IMG/VR virus record: IMGVR_UViG_3300008952_003529
Strand: one strand, 5' to 3'
Origin: a virus
Length of the DNA: 64,000 nucleotides
Shown: piece after piece, positions 1 through 8,898 of the stretch
How positions within the stretch are numbered: position 1 is the first letter of the stretch
Layout of the letters: every line of letters begins with the position of its first letter
Position numbers and translations under genes: made by a program
The notes under the pieces: generated by a model
Database searches by the model: none
Told to the model about the DNA's origin: nothing
What the model saw: the letters and a program-made list of their open reading frames with translations, nothing else

Positions 1-84
1 ATCAAAACGGCTGGGATGACGGTCATTTTGATATCATTAGAGACAATGAGCCAAACCCCCGCCACCAGGAAGGATAATCATAAA

Positions 85-204
85 ATGAGAATCACCCGGC
101 GGCAGCTCAGACAGATAATCCGAGGTATAAAAAATGAAAATCGCTGGCACAGGTTATTTAAACCCATAGCGCAATATTTAATGTTTGTTGAGGAGACAAC
201 ATGA
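85..204 (+). CDS. Small ORF (39 aa) carrying the shared MRITRRQLRQIIR leader
   Basis: The track ORF 16..204 contains an internal ATG at 85 giving MRITRRQLRQIIRG, which matches the N-termini of the next two genes; its stop overlaps the ATG at 201. Confidence 0.4.
   Translation: MRITRRQLRQIIRGIKNENRWHRLFKPIAQYLMFVEETT
174..180 (+). promoter_or_regulatory. Putative late promoter ATATTTA
   Basis: 20 nt before ATG 201. Confidence 0.4.
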
Positions 205-680
205 AAGTTTCGAAAAGACAATTACTGAGAATCATTAGAGAAGAAGCTGAAGCAGCAGTCGAGGAAGAAGCTGAAGCTTCTGAAGATAGTGCTGAGGATT
301 CCGCTGAGGAAAGTGAGACTACCACTGAGGCGGCGTTACGCCGTAGAGTTCGAGCTGCACTCATAAAGGAAAGTCGCGGGGCTGGCTTGTTTGGTGGGAT
401 CGGTTTTGAAGGTCTTGGACAAACAAACCAAAGAAATGCTGCTAAGGCCTATCATGGCACATACTCAAATTCTAGAAATCAGCGCGTCGTTAGCGCACCC
501 ACAAGACGTAATCGGCTTGTTAAGGAAGAAGCTGCGGGTAATCCCAAAGATGTGCTTTACAAGACAGTGCTCCCCGCATTAGAGGATGCTGGATTTCGTG
601 GGATAGAAGCTTTCAAAATGCTTCGCAAGGTTGTTCAAGCCATGGAAGCTGATCTTCAAGCAATGCTTGGTCCACGATAA
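201..680 (+). CDS. Acidic hypothetical protein with MKVSKRQLLRIIREE leader; candidate internal head protein
   Basis: SD GAGGAG upstream; basic leader followed by an E/A/S-rich tract; function is inference. Confidence 0.6.
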   Translation: MKVSKRQLLRIIREEAEAAVEEEAEASEDSAEDSAEESETTTEAALRRRVRAALIKESRGAGLFGGIGFEGLGQTNQRNAAKAYHGTYSNSRNQRVVSAPTRRNRLVKEEAAGNPKDVLYKTVLPALEDAGFRGIEAFKMLRKVVQAMEADLQAMLGPR

Positions 681-847
681 TGAAAATGCCCATTGTCATA
701 CCCTTATTTTTAGGATTGGTTATAATGGGCTGTCCCAAGAAACCAGCAACTCCACAAGCTGCTTATCCAGAATTTGAGGAAGTTGACTTACCAGATGATG
801 ATGAACTAGACGACTTACCAGAAGCTGGTGATAAGGATATTAAATGA
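680..847 (+). CDS. Small lipoprotein (55 aa), absent from the ORF track
   Basis: My translation: MKMPIVIPLFLGLVIMGCPKKPATPQAAYPEFEEVDLPDDDELDDLPEAGDKDIK. Hydrophobic signal, lipobox-like IMGC, acidic tail; overlaps both neighbouring genes. Confidence 0.65.
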   Translation: MKMPIVIPLFLGLVIMGCPKKPATPQAAYPEFEEVDLPDDDELDDLPEAGDKDIK

Positions 848-1653
848 AGCTCACAAAACGACAAATCTTAAAAATTATTAGAGAAGAAGCAGAAGGCTTA
901 AACGTGGCTCGAGTTTTTGGGGCAACGTCTAATCATCAAGACGAAGAGGAAGCTATTGCTGATCCAGAAATTGAAGTTGATGCTGTGGAAGATGTGTGGG
1001 CCGGTGGTGACAATTTGGTTGATCCTATTGATGCACAAGAGGTAACGACTGACGTGCCAGTAGAATCCGGAATCGAAATTGACGAAATAGTAGAAAGAAT
1101 TTCTAGAAAGCTTCGAATCAAGAGGATCATTCAAGAAGTAGACTGGGTGGATCCCATGGCTTTCTTGCCTGATGCAGAATCGGTGGAGCAAGCATTCGCT
1201 TCTGGTGATCGTATTTCTTTGATGATTGACCAACCAGGACTTGTTGGAGAGGTAGAACCAGAAGATGACGAAGAACTGGACGAACTTGAAGAAAGCGTTG
1301 CGAGGGCATTCGGTCTTTCATTGAAAAAAAGATTAACTGAAGAAGAGCAGAAACCACCCGAGGGTGAGGCTCCTCCAGAAAGTGAGTCTTCAGATGAGGC
1401 ACCACCCGAGGGTGAAGCGCAGGATGAAGCACCCCCAGAGGGTGAGGCTGCAGAAGATCCCACAACACAAGCAGGAAAAAAGGCGGCAGTAGCTTTAGAC
1501 AAAAGTGCAGCGCAACCGCTCGTTTCAGCCATAGACTCCGCTGGAAATTTAGCTGGTGTAGAAGAAATTCTCACACAACTCATCCAACAGATGTCTGATG
1601 ATGGTAAGGGCTTAGCTAAGAAAGCGATGCAAAATCTTGTTCGTGAAGCTTAG
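844..1653 (+). CDS. Acidic hypothetical protein with MKLTKRQILKIIREE leader; candidate internal head protein
   Basis: Same leader as ORF 201; very acidic; contains PPEGEA repeats. Confidence 0.65.
   Translation: MKLTKRQILKIIREEAEGLNVARVFGATSNHQDEEEAIADPEIEVDAVEDVWAGGDNLVDPIDAQEVTTDVPVESGIEIDEIVERISRKLRIKRIIQEVDWVDPMAFLPDAESVEQAFASGDRISLMIDQPGLVGEVEPEDDEELDELEESVARAFGLSLKKRLTEEEQKPPEGEAPPESESSDEAPPEGEAQDEAPPEGEAAEDPTTQAGKKAAVALDKSAAQPLVSAIDSAGNLAGVEEILTQLIQQMSDDGKGLAKKAMQNLVREA
1354..1448 (+). repeat. Imperfect tandem repeats encoding (DEA)PPEGEA
   Basis: ccacccgagggtgaggc at 1354, ccacccgagggtgaagc at 1402, cccccagagggtgaggc ending at 1448. Confidence 0.8.
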
Positions 1654-1658
1654 TACAT

Positions 1659-1940
1659 CTACCGTACTTCCGTTAATATTGATATAGCTCTTCTTTTTAG
1701 TTTTCTTGGACATGCTTTAATAAACGCTTCGACCTTAGAAGCGGTTGATTTAGACAGGTCATCTATGTGATTAACCAGTGATACTGGTCGGCGTGCTTTG
1801 GTATATTTTGCACCACGGTTAGTATCGTTATGCTCATAAATCCTTCGATTTATATCAGTTGTGATACCGCAGTATAAAGACCCGTCTTTACATTCGACAA
1901 GATATACAGACCATTTTTGTTCTGGAATCGATGACATCAA
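1659..1940 (-). CDS. Stand-alone GIY-YIG nuclease family protein (UPF0213-like)
   Basis: VYLVECKDGSLYCGITTDINRRIYEHN...GAKYTKARRPV signature. Confidence 0.9.
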   Translation of the reverse strand: MMSSIPEQKWSVYLVECKDGSLYCGITTDINRRIYEHNDTNRGAKYTKARRPVSLVNHIDDLSKSTASKVEAFIKACPRKLKRRAISILTEVR

Positions 1941-2257
1941 AAAATAATAAAAGAAAATTTAAAGCTGGACAACTTATTGTTGCACACTCTCATGCTGGTG
2001 TAGATGTGAAAGTAAGGCTCACCCGGAGGGATAGCCAAGACCTCGGTTGGTTTGGTGTACTAGTAGACAAAAAAGATGCACAGCTATTAAAGGATGCAGG
2101 GGTACCATGGATAGAGCCAGAACAATTCGAGACCTTTACCTTCGATTACCAAATAGTTAAACTTGTCTATAAAAAGCGAAGCAAACCAAAGGTTTTTACC
2201 AAAGATGGACAACGTATTATCCGGAAGCAACGAAAGCAGCGGAAACGAAAGGAGTGA
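1931..2257 (+). CDS. Hypothetical basic protein
   Basis: ORF with K/R-rich termini; no family recognised. Confidence 0.5.
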   Translation: MTSKNNKRKFKAGQLIVAHSHAGVDVKVRLTRRDSQDLGWFGVLVDKKDAQLLKDAGVPWIEPEQFETFTFDYQIVKLVYKKRSKPKVFTKDGQRIIRKQRKQRKRKE

Positions 2258-2507
2258 TTATTCAGGTCCTCTTGATCACGCAAAAGAGAACGCGCTTAAA
2301 TTTATCTTCGGAATGCAAACACTTAGCACATTCAAGACCATATCAGACCGAATTGAATTACTTGAAGCGCTAATGAGCTTACCGCTACTTCAATCCGGTA
2401 GTACAGAAGACGCGCTGTTTGCCAAGAAACAATATGATAGGGAGATGGAAGAGCTAGAAACAGCGATTGTAGTTTTTTGCTCTCTTCCAGATGCGCCTGA
2501 GGCTTAG
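2163..2507 (+). CDS. Hypothetical protein (start uncertain, possibly ATG 2205)
   Basis: Fills the gap up to the convergent gene at 2504. Confidence 0.45.
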   Translation: MSIKSEANQRFLPKMDNVLSGSNESSGNERSDYSGPLDHAKENALKFIFGMQTLSTFKTISDRIELLEALMSLPLLQSGSTEDALFAKKQYDREMEELETAIVVFCSLPDAPEA

Positions 2508-3418
2508 GAAGATATTCCGTATGTGACCTCTACGAGGGTACCGCCATCAGGAATTGTTAGAAAGAACACAGTGTTAATTCGCTCATCATATTGCCACTCG
2601 CTTGGATCGAGTTGTTCACCGTCAACGAACGCCGTGATTGTTTCAATTACTGGAGAGAATGATAGTTCAAGTTCCTCTATCGGCTCAAAGGGCTTACTGG
2701 CTTCTTCAACCCCGGGAGTCCAGTCTTCATCGCATATATCAATTTCTACGCCACCAAAGCTTTGAGTAACTTCTAGATATTTTTCGCCTACCTCATCCGC
2801 ACATGTACTTTCATTTAGACCTACAATAGAGGAAATGAGAACACGAGACCGTTGGGTAGTTATCCACCCGTAGAAATCCGACGCTGTCCAGTCCCAGGAT
2901 TGTTCATCTTCATCTGACACGAACACAACGAGAAGCGCTGCAGAAGATCGCATCCAGGTTGATGAATAAGCGCCGAGGTCCATGTACGTATACACAGATT
3001 CGAAGCCCTGTTCTAGTGGTGGTCCGCCCCACCCGCTACCATTGTTTAGCGCATTTAAAGCATTTGTTGCATCTATTATATCATCACCCGGTACTAGCGG
3101 AAATGTTGAATTTGAAAGCGCTTCATCTGGATCTGTGCTGATTATACCCAACCTCCATCCAGTGTCAAGGGGAAGACTGTTGAGCATCTCCTCAATCCCA
3201 AGAAGTAATTGTACATCATGATTGCTCATGCTACCTGATCGATCGATGACCCAAAGGATATCGTATCCATCAGTTTGTGATGGTTGAACAAACGAGTCAA
3301 CCCATAAGCCTGGGTATGTTTCAACCTCCACTTCATGAGTTAGCCAGTTATCTGATTGACAGCCTGATATAATAAACAAGGCTGTGGATAAAAGAAGTAA
3401 AAATGTGAAGCCCCGCAT
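2504..3418 (-). CDS. vWA-domain lipoprotein
   Basis: Lipobox IISGC; MIDAS DILWVIDRSGSM; LLVVFVSDEDEQS; SD GGAGG upstream. Confidence 0.8.
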   Translation of the reverse strand: MRGFTFLLLLSTALFIISGCQSDNWLTHEVEVETYPGLWVDSFVQPSQTDGYDILWVIDRSGSMSNHDVQLLLGIEEMLNSLPLDTGWRLGIISTDPDEALSNSTFPLVPGDDIIDATNALNALNNGSGWGGPPLEQGFESVYTYMDLGAYSSTWMRSSAALLVVFVSDEDEQSWDWTASDFYGWITTQRSRVLISSIVGLNESTCADEVGEKYLEVTQSFGGVEIDICDEDWTPGVEEASKPFEPIEELELSFSPVIETITAFVDGEQLDPSEWQYDERINTVFFLTIPDGGTLVEVTYGISS

Positions 3419-3433
3419 CCATCCTCCACTTTT

Positions 3434-3440
3434 TAACTAT
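3434..3440 (-). promoter_or_regulatory. Putative late promoter ATAGTTA (minus strand)
   Basis: 15 nt before the start of the vWA lipoprotein gene. Confidence 0.4.
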
Positions 3441-3554
3441 AGAAAAAAAATGCATTTCCTGTATGTACATTTAGTCTACGGTGATTAATTTTTATCTGTT
3501 CCCATGATATGGGACGCTAAGACCTAAGAATGACCAGTGGAGGTACAAAAAAAA

Positions 3555-4010
3555 ATGAGTCTTTTTCCTATTACTCGTATGAGTATTCTTAATCCTATTT
3601 CTGATTTTGATCATATTTTTGACACGTTGATGGACAGTAATTACCGCCTATCACCGCGCACTTATACTAACGTTACGGAGCCTGTTTCAACAGTTCCGCG
3701 TGCAAATATTCTTGAAGAGAAGAATGGTTTCGCAATCGAACTAGCTGCACCTGGCTTTTCTCGTGGAGACTTCTCGATTGAAGTCAATGAAAGCACTTTG
3801 ACTGTCTCGGTTTCTTCTGAAGATGGTCCAGAGTATGCTGAAAAGCTAAAGAGTCGTGAATATAGCTACACTTCGTTTACTCGAAGTTGGAATCTTCCAG
3901 AAAACGTCAGTGTTAACATGATTGATGCGCGCTATGAAGCGGGTATTCTAATTGTCAATATTCCCGTTGAGATGAAGACTGCTAAGAAGCTTCAGATTGA
4001 AGTACAGTAA
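3555..4010 (+). CDS. Hsp20/alpha-crystallin small heat-shock protein
   Basis: PRANILE...IELAAPGF...FTRSWNLPENV...ARYEAGILIVNIP. The ATG at 3555 follows SD TGGAGG; the track start is 3537. Confidence 0.95.
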   Translation: MSLFPITRMSILNPISDFDHIFDTLMDSNYRLSPRTYTNVTEPVSTVPRANILEEKNGFAIELAAPGFSRGDFSIEVNESTLTVSVSSEDGPEYAEKLKSREYSYTSFTRSWNLPENVSVNMIDARYEAGILIVNIPVEMKTAKKLQIEVQ

Positions 4011-4035
4011 ACATATTCATTAAGCTTCGATTAAG

Positions 4036-4062
4036 ACGGTCCGGTTTATCCGGGCCGTTTTT
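4036..4062 (+). terminator. Rho-independent terminator after hsp20
   Basis: acggtccgg / ccgggccgt stem (one G-U) followed by a T tract. Confidence 0.8.
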
Positions 4063-4076
4063 ATTTGTATGTCGAC

Positions 4077-4083
4077 ATATTTA
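4077..4083 (+). promoter_or_regulatory. Putative late promoter ATATTTA
   Basis: Just downstream of the hsp20 terminator and upstream of ORF 4160. Confidence 0.4.
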
Positions 4084-4159
4084 GATGTATGAGTTCACAT
4101 GATACAAAGAGTTAGTTCATCACAAATGATAGAAATATTAGCCTTAAGGAGGAGTACCC

Positions 4160-4336
4160 ATGCAAGACACCAAAAATCTACAAACGCTCTATCATATGCG
4201 CAAGTCTTTGCTTACTCTCCATCGTGCAAGGCACTGCGCTTTAGATGCAGATGATATCAATACGGCGAAAGATCTAAAGAAGTGCATCGATACAGTGGGA
4301 AAGCGTATCAAATTACTCGGTATAAATAAGAAATGA
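4160..4336 (+). CDS. Small hypothetical protein (58 aa), absent from the ORF track
   Basis: Strong SD AAGGAGGAG, then MQDTKNLQTLYHMRK...KLLGINKK; ATGA overlap with 4333. Confidence 0.65.
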   Translation: MQDTKNLQTLYHMRKSLLTLHRARHCALDADDINTAKDLKKCIDTVGKRIKLLGINKK

Positions 4337-4647
4337 AAAGAATAAATGAAGACGGAATAGGGAGTAATTACCACACTCTTGACCCACACTCTATCGATTT
4401 TTTTCATGATGAACGTGTTGAAGTAGAATTATTCCCGTCAGCATGGGGAAAATATTCAGTCCAGATTTCGTGCCCAGACCTGAATTACACTTCAGGCTTA
4501 CGCAATTATCAAACCGAAGAAGAAGCCAATAATTTTGCGCGAAATGAATATACTCAACTTATAACGAAGCTAGACAATCAACAAAACTTGGAAGAACAGC
4601 TTTTATTGCGCGTTCTCTGTCGTCTACAAAGAAGCTCTAACTGCTAA
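4333..4647 (+). CDS. Hypothetical protein (MKRINE N-terminus)
   Basis: Coupled to the upstream ORF; no family recognised. Confidence 0.6.
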   Translation: MKRINEDGIGSNYHTLDPHSIDFFHDERVEVELFPSAWGKYSVQISCPDLNYTSGLRNYQTEEEANNFARNEYTQLITKLDNQQNLEEQLLLRVLCRLQRSSNC

Positions 4648-5430
4648 GACGAAATTCTGTAATGCTGGGGTTGTACACCCGATTGTAAATTCATCGAATG
4701 AAATAGCTGCACCACTAATAATGGAGATAATTTCTCCATGCTCGTTTAGAATTGGGGAACCACTGCTACCTGGCGCAGCTGGAATAGTGAAAATATAAAT
4801 ATCGGAAACCTGTCCTGTGAAGTATCCGTCAAATACAGGAACCGCTAATGGAACCGCTAGCGCCCTGGGCGATGACATCGTATACACTTCTTCGTGAAGT
4901 GTCGGGTCACTGTCAGAAACCTCAAGTCCGGGCCCGAGGTGTATGTCCGCTATTAGTACGCAAAGGTCGTTGGTGGAGTCCACTGCTAGAATGGTTCCAA
5001 AACCCTCTCTACCAAACCCAGACTCCAGATGCATTTTGTACTGTATCCCGAAGTTTTCCGTGACTGGAGTCCCATTTCCGGGGGCACTGCAAACATGACC
5101 AGCTGTCAACACCAGCGAGGACCCCTTGTGCTGCCCGATTATTACCCCTGACCCTGTGGCGATCGTCTCTGCTGTTGGGAAAGATTGAGGCGCGCAATTA
5201 ACCTCATCATCTCCACAGACTACTTCATAAAATTGAATGTCTTGAGTGACCATCACAAATGATTCTATTGGAAACTTATCATTGGCTGTTTGGATTGTTG
5301 ATGGGGTTGAAATACGAGCAAACCCCGCGGCTAAGATAATGTTCAAGATGGTCAGTACGCCAACAGCGATGTATAGCATCGTACGAAAAGATGGTATGAT
5401 TTTCTTAATATATTGTCTCATATTTTCCAA
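4624..5430 (-). CDS. Membrane-anchored trypsin-like (S1) serine protease
   Basis: N-terminal TM helix; LTAGHV (His), DLCVL (Asp), GSSGSP (Ser) catalytic triad. Confidence 0.9.
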   Translation of the reverse strand: MENMRQYIKKIIPSFRTMLYIAVGVLTILNIILAAGFARISTPSTIQTANDKFPIESFVMVTQDIQFYEVVCGDDEVNCAPQSFPTAETIATGSGVIIGQHKGSSLVLTAGHVCSAPGNGTPVTENFGIQYKMHLESGFGREGFGTILAVDSTNDLCVLIADIHLGPGLEVSDSDPTLHEEVYTMSSPRALAVPLAVPVFDGYFTGQVSDIYIFTIPAAPGSSGSPILNEHGEIISIISGAAISFDEFTIGCTTPALQNFVLAVRASL

Positions 5431-5443
5431 TAGTATTATATCT

Positions 5444-5450
5444 ATACTTA
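5444..5450 (+). promoter_or_regulatory. Putative late promoter ATACTTA
   Basis: 28 nt before the PMM start, in a divergent gap. Confidence 0.35.
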
Positions 5451-5478
5451 TTGCTCATCTTTCTTTTGGTAGACATTC

Positions 5479-6288
5479 ATGAATAAAACAATCGTACTAT
5501 TTGACATGGACGGTACGCTTACGCCGTGCCGAGAAAAGATCAAATCCCCTGTTATAGCAGCCCTACGTAAGCTTAACCCTCACACAAGAATCGGAATAGT
5601 GAGCGGATCAGACTACGATTACATTATGCAACAGTGCGCAGCTCTATTCGATTTTGGTGGTGTTGATCTAGATAATATTGATATTCTACCGTGCAATGGC
5701 ACAAAATTTTATAAATGGGATAAAACAAGTTTCAAGCTTACCCATAATAATGATATGAGAATGGCCTTGGGAAAAGATTCCGGTGGAGCTTCTCAATATC
5801 AAAAGCTTGTGAGAAGAATTACAACACTACAAAATGAGGCTGTCCTGGGTGTGCTAAAGGACACAACGCTTACTGGTACATTTTTACAGTACCGAGGTAG
5901 TTTACTAAACTGGTGCTTTGTGGGTCGAGATGCTGATACTTCTGTTCGTGAAGAATTCGAAAAAATAAATCGTCAACAAAAAGTACGCGTGTTCTATAAA
6001 AATAAGCTTGATAGATTTCTAAAAGATGAAAGTATGTTAGCGACATCGGCCCTTGGTGGTAAAACATCAATTGATATATACCCGCATGGGTGGGATAAAA
6101 CGTTTGCTCTTCAATATTATCCTGGGTGGACTGTGTATTTTGTTGGTGACGCATGTCAAGAGGGCGGAAATGATTGGCACATCTATCAGGCGCTAAAAGA
6201 CTTAGGAAGAAATTTCGATCGATCGTATTGGACAAAAAGTCCGGAGGACACTGTTAATATTATCGATCAGGTTATAGAAAGGCTGTAA
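5479..6288 (+). CDS. pmm: Eukaryote-type (HAD-IIB, PMM2/Sec53-like) phosphomannomutase
   Basis: FDMDGTLT, VSGSD, GGKTSIDIYPHGWDKT, FVGD...GGNDW.IY. Confidence 0.85.
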   Translation: MNKTIVLFDMDGTLTPCREKIKSPVIAALRKLNPHTRIGIVSGSDYDYIMQQCAALFDFGGVDLDNIDILPCNGTKFYKWDKTSFKLTHNNDMRMALGKDSGGASQYQKLVRRITTLQNEAVLGVLKDTTLTGTFLQYRGSLLNWCFVGRDADTSVREEFEKINRQQKVRVFYKNKLDRFLKDESMLATSALGGKTSIDIYPHGWDKTFALQYYPGWTVYFVGDACQEGGNDWHIYQALKDLGRNFDRSYWTKSPEDTVNIIDQVIERL

Positions 6289-6316
6289 ATCTGCACGAAA
6301 AACGTTACGATATAAT
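6285..6316 (+). promoter_or_regulatory. Putative promoter GTAAATCTGCA-N15-TATAAT
   Basis: The same 11-mer at the same spacing recurs at 44524. Confidence 0.55.
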
Positions 6317-6328
6317 GTTGGAGAGTGC

Positions 6329-7957
6329 ATGAGTTTTACATACGATAAATATTTCCCATATCCCGCAATTCGTGAACAACAAACTGAGGCTATAGACTTC
6401 ATTTTAGATTCGTTTATCAATCAAAATAAGAAGTTTGTTATTCTAGAAGCCGGTACGGGTGTAGGAAAGAGCGCAATTGGTTTAACTGTTGCACGTTATT
6501 TGGCAGCCAATTGGATCGCTAGTGGTGATAAGTCTTCTGGTGCATATTTTCTTACAACACAAAAGATCCTTCAGCAACAATATACGAAAGACTTTGGTGG
6601 CTTTTCTGGCCCAATGAAGTCTATTATGTCATCTGCCAATTACACATGTTCTTTTAACAAAAAGACGACATGCGCTGAAAGTCTTCGAGCGTTAAGAACA
6701 TCTCAAAAGGGCACGCCATTTTGGAGGTCTTGTACTTTTAATTGTGTCTATAGAAAAGCTAAGGAAGACTTTCTCGAATCCCCAGAAGGCGTAACTAACT
6801 TTCCGTATTTTCTTGCTGAGACTCAATATGCTGGAAAGCTTAAGCCAAGACAGATGGTCATTATTGATGAAGCACATAATGCAGCTGCTCAACTAAGCAA
6901 ATTTATTGAGATAACAATTTCTGATAAATTTTGTCAATCATTTTTAAAGTTTTCCCTGCCTGCGAAAGGAACAGCAAAACAATACATCGACTGGATTACC
7001 GACACCTACGTACCGGCGATTAGTTCACGGCTTAAACATCTTGAGCAGATGATGGGAAAATATATTGGACTAGCAGATAAAATAAAGAGCGGAGAATTCG
7101 CTAGTATTGCAAAGAAATTTGAAATGCTAGATAAACATGTCTGTAAGGTTCGTAGATTTTTGCAGCTGTATTCATCAGACAACTGGGTGCTTAATGAGAT
7201 AGCTGCAGACGGTAGGTCTGGTAGGAAGGTCGAATTTAAGCCTATTGACGTGGCTCCCTTTGCTGAGGAAATGCTATTGAATTTTGGTGACCGGGTCCTC
7301 TTAATGTCTGCAACGATTCTGGATGCTGAAGCGTTCATAGAGCTGCTTGGTATAGAAAAAGACCAATGTGCATTTATTTCCATGCCCAGCCCGTTTCCAG
7401 TTGAAAACCGTCCAGTATTTTATTCAGGCATGGGAAAGATGAGCTCCAAGACTATTGAGACAACGTTGCCAAAGATGGCGCAAGCTGTTACGGCAATTCT
7501 GGAGCAGCACAAAGATGAAAAAGGAATTATCCATTGTCACTCTTACCGGGTGGCGAATTACTTGAAAAAGAATATCAAAAGCCGGCGACTCTTGTCTCAT
7601 AACTCAGAGAATAGAGAAAAAATACTCGAAAAGCACAAGAGGTCTAAAAGCGCGACTGTGCTATTATCTCCGTCTATGACAGAGGGTGTCGATCTTCATG
7701 GTGATTTAAGCAGGTTTCAGATTGTCTGTAAGATCCCATATCCATATCTTGGAGATAAACTAATACGAAAAAAGATGAATAAATGGAGATGGTGGTACCC
7801 ACTCCAGACAGCCAAAACGATTGTACAGGCTGTTGGTAGGTCTGTTCGATCCAACGATGACACGGCAGTAACGTATATACTGGACTCCGATTGGGAAATA
7901 TTTTATTCTAGAAACAAAAAAATGTTTCCAAGTTCATTTAAGGAGTCTTTGAAGTGA
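6329..7957 (+). CDS. DinG/Rad3-family SF2 helicase with Fe-S cysteines
   Basis: EAGTGVGKS, DEAH, MSAT, EGVD, QAVGRSVRSNDD; four Cys in the Fe-S region. Confidence 0.9.
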   Translation: MSFTYDKYFPYPAIREQQTEAIDFILDSFINQNKKFVILEAGTGVGKSAIGLTVARYLAANWIASGDKSSGAYFLTTQKILQQQYTKDFGGFSGPMKSIMSSANYTCSFNKKTTCAESLRALRTSQKGTPFWRSCTFNCVYRKAKEDFLESPEGVTNFPYFLAETQYAGKLKPRQMVIIDEAHNAAAQLSKFIEITISDKFCQSFLKFSLPAKGTAKQYIDWITDTYVPAISSRLKHLEQMMGKYIGLADKIKSGEFASIAKKFEMLDKHVCKVRRFLQLYSSDNWVLNEIAADGRSGRKVEFKPIDVAPFAEEMLLNFGDRVLLMSATILDAEAFIELLGIEKDQCAFISMPSPFPVENRPVFYSGMGKMSSKTIETTLPKMAQAVTAILEQHKDEKGIIHCHSYRVANYLKKNIKSRRLLSHNSENREKILEKHKRSKSATVLLSPSMTEGVDLHGDLSRFQIVCKIPYPYLGDKLIRKKMNKWRWWYPLQTAKTIVQAVGRSVRSNDDTAVTYILDSDWEIFYSRNKKMFPSSFKESLK

Positions 7958-8463
7958 AGGTATATGATACGGTAGAAAGCTTTAGAATAGAAGTTGATGA
8001 TAGTGATATATGGGGGAAGGGTGTTCCAGTGTATATGACGAGCGGAGGCTTTGATCCGCTGCATGTAGGGCACTTGAGGTGTATTTTAGCGACTGCGGAG
8101 ATGGCAGACGAGGATGGTGGCTATGTTGTTATCATTGTTAATGGCGATGGTTTCTTGGAAAGAAAGAAAGGCAAGCCGTTTATGAAAGCAGAAGAACGTG
8201 CCGAAATTATCGCTGGTATAAGAGGGGTCGATGCTGTTATTATTTGGGACGACGGTGGTCAAACTGTAACAGGAGCCATTGCGGCGCTCAAACCAACATA
8301 TTTCACAAAAGGGGGAGACAGAGCTGCTCCGAAAGATATTCCAGAATGGGAAATATGCCAAGAGGTGGGCTGTAAGGTTATATTTAATGTTGGTGGTGGC
8401 AAAGTGCAAAGCTCATCATGGCTGATCGAAGCACAGGAGTTAGCAAAGAATGCAAAAGATTGA
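7954..8463 (+). CDS. Cytidylyltransferase-like (HxGH) nucleotidyltransferase
   Basis: SGGFDPLHVGH, KGGDR, KVQSSS. Confidence 0.85.
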   Translation: MKVYDTVESFRIEVDDSDIWGKGVPVYMTSGGFDPLHVGHLRCILATAEMADEDGGYVVIIVNGDGFLERKKGKPFMKAEERAEIIAGIRGVDAVIIWDDGGQTVTGAIAALKPTYFTKGGDRAAPKDIPEWEICQEVGCKVIFNVGGGKVQSSSWLIEAQELAKNAKD

Positions 8464-8469
8464 TAAGTC

Positions 8470-8898
8470 ATGTTAGGAAAAGATTTTATGGGCGCCGGAT
8501 TTTTCATAGTCAATCCTTCTTCAAATCTCTTGCTAGCGCTTGTCGATAATAATGGGTTATATGATTTTCCTAAGGGTACGAAAGACAAAGAAGAACAACC
8601 ACTAGAAACTGCCCGACGGGAATGCTTCGAAGAGTGCTCTATCCTCATAGAAGAAGATGAGCTAATGAATTGTGGACCATTTTTTGATGGCAAATTATTT
8701 TTGTTTTGTGCTGAAACTGAAAAGCATCCAGCAATATTACGAAATGCAAAATCTGGTATCATAGAACATTCAGGATATGCATGGGTTAAACCTGAAGAAT
8801 TTTTGGCTAAGTGTGTACCATATCTCCAACCCATCACCAAGAAAATCTTCTTAGAGCTATCAAAGCGTGCACATCCCTTAGTCGCAAGTTATATTTAA
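8470..8898 (+). CDS. Nudix hydrolase (Ap4A-hydrolase-like)
   Basis: DFPKGTKDKEEQPLETARRECFEE Nudix box. Confidence 0.85.
   Translation: MLGKDFMGAGFFIVNPSSNLLLALVDNNGLYDFPKGTKDKEEQPLETARRECFEECSILIEEDELMNCGPFFDGKLFLFCAETEKHPAILRNAKSGIIEHSGYAWVKPEEFLAKCVPYLQPITKKIFLELSKRAHPLVASYI

Noticed and set aside
1131-1583. Ser-rich antisense ORFs (also 158..364, 936..1130) and most other short overlapping track ORFs
   Set aside because: They are reverse-strand or off-frame shadows of acidic or well-supported genes, with no RBS or family signal
1659-1940. GIY-YIG as a homing endonuclease or mobile element
   Set aside because: At 93 aa it has only the catalytic domain and no DNA-binding extension, and it does not interrupt a gene
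4321-4328. Exact T4 late promoter TATAAATA
   Set aside because: It is a single copy inside a coding region and is absent before structural operons, where ATAnTTA is found instead
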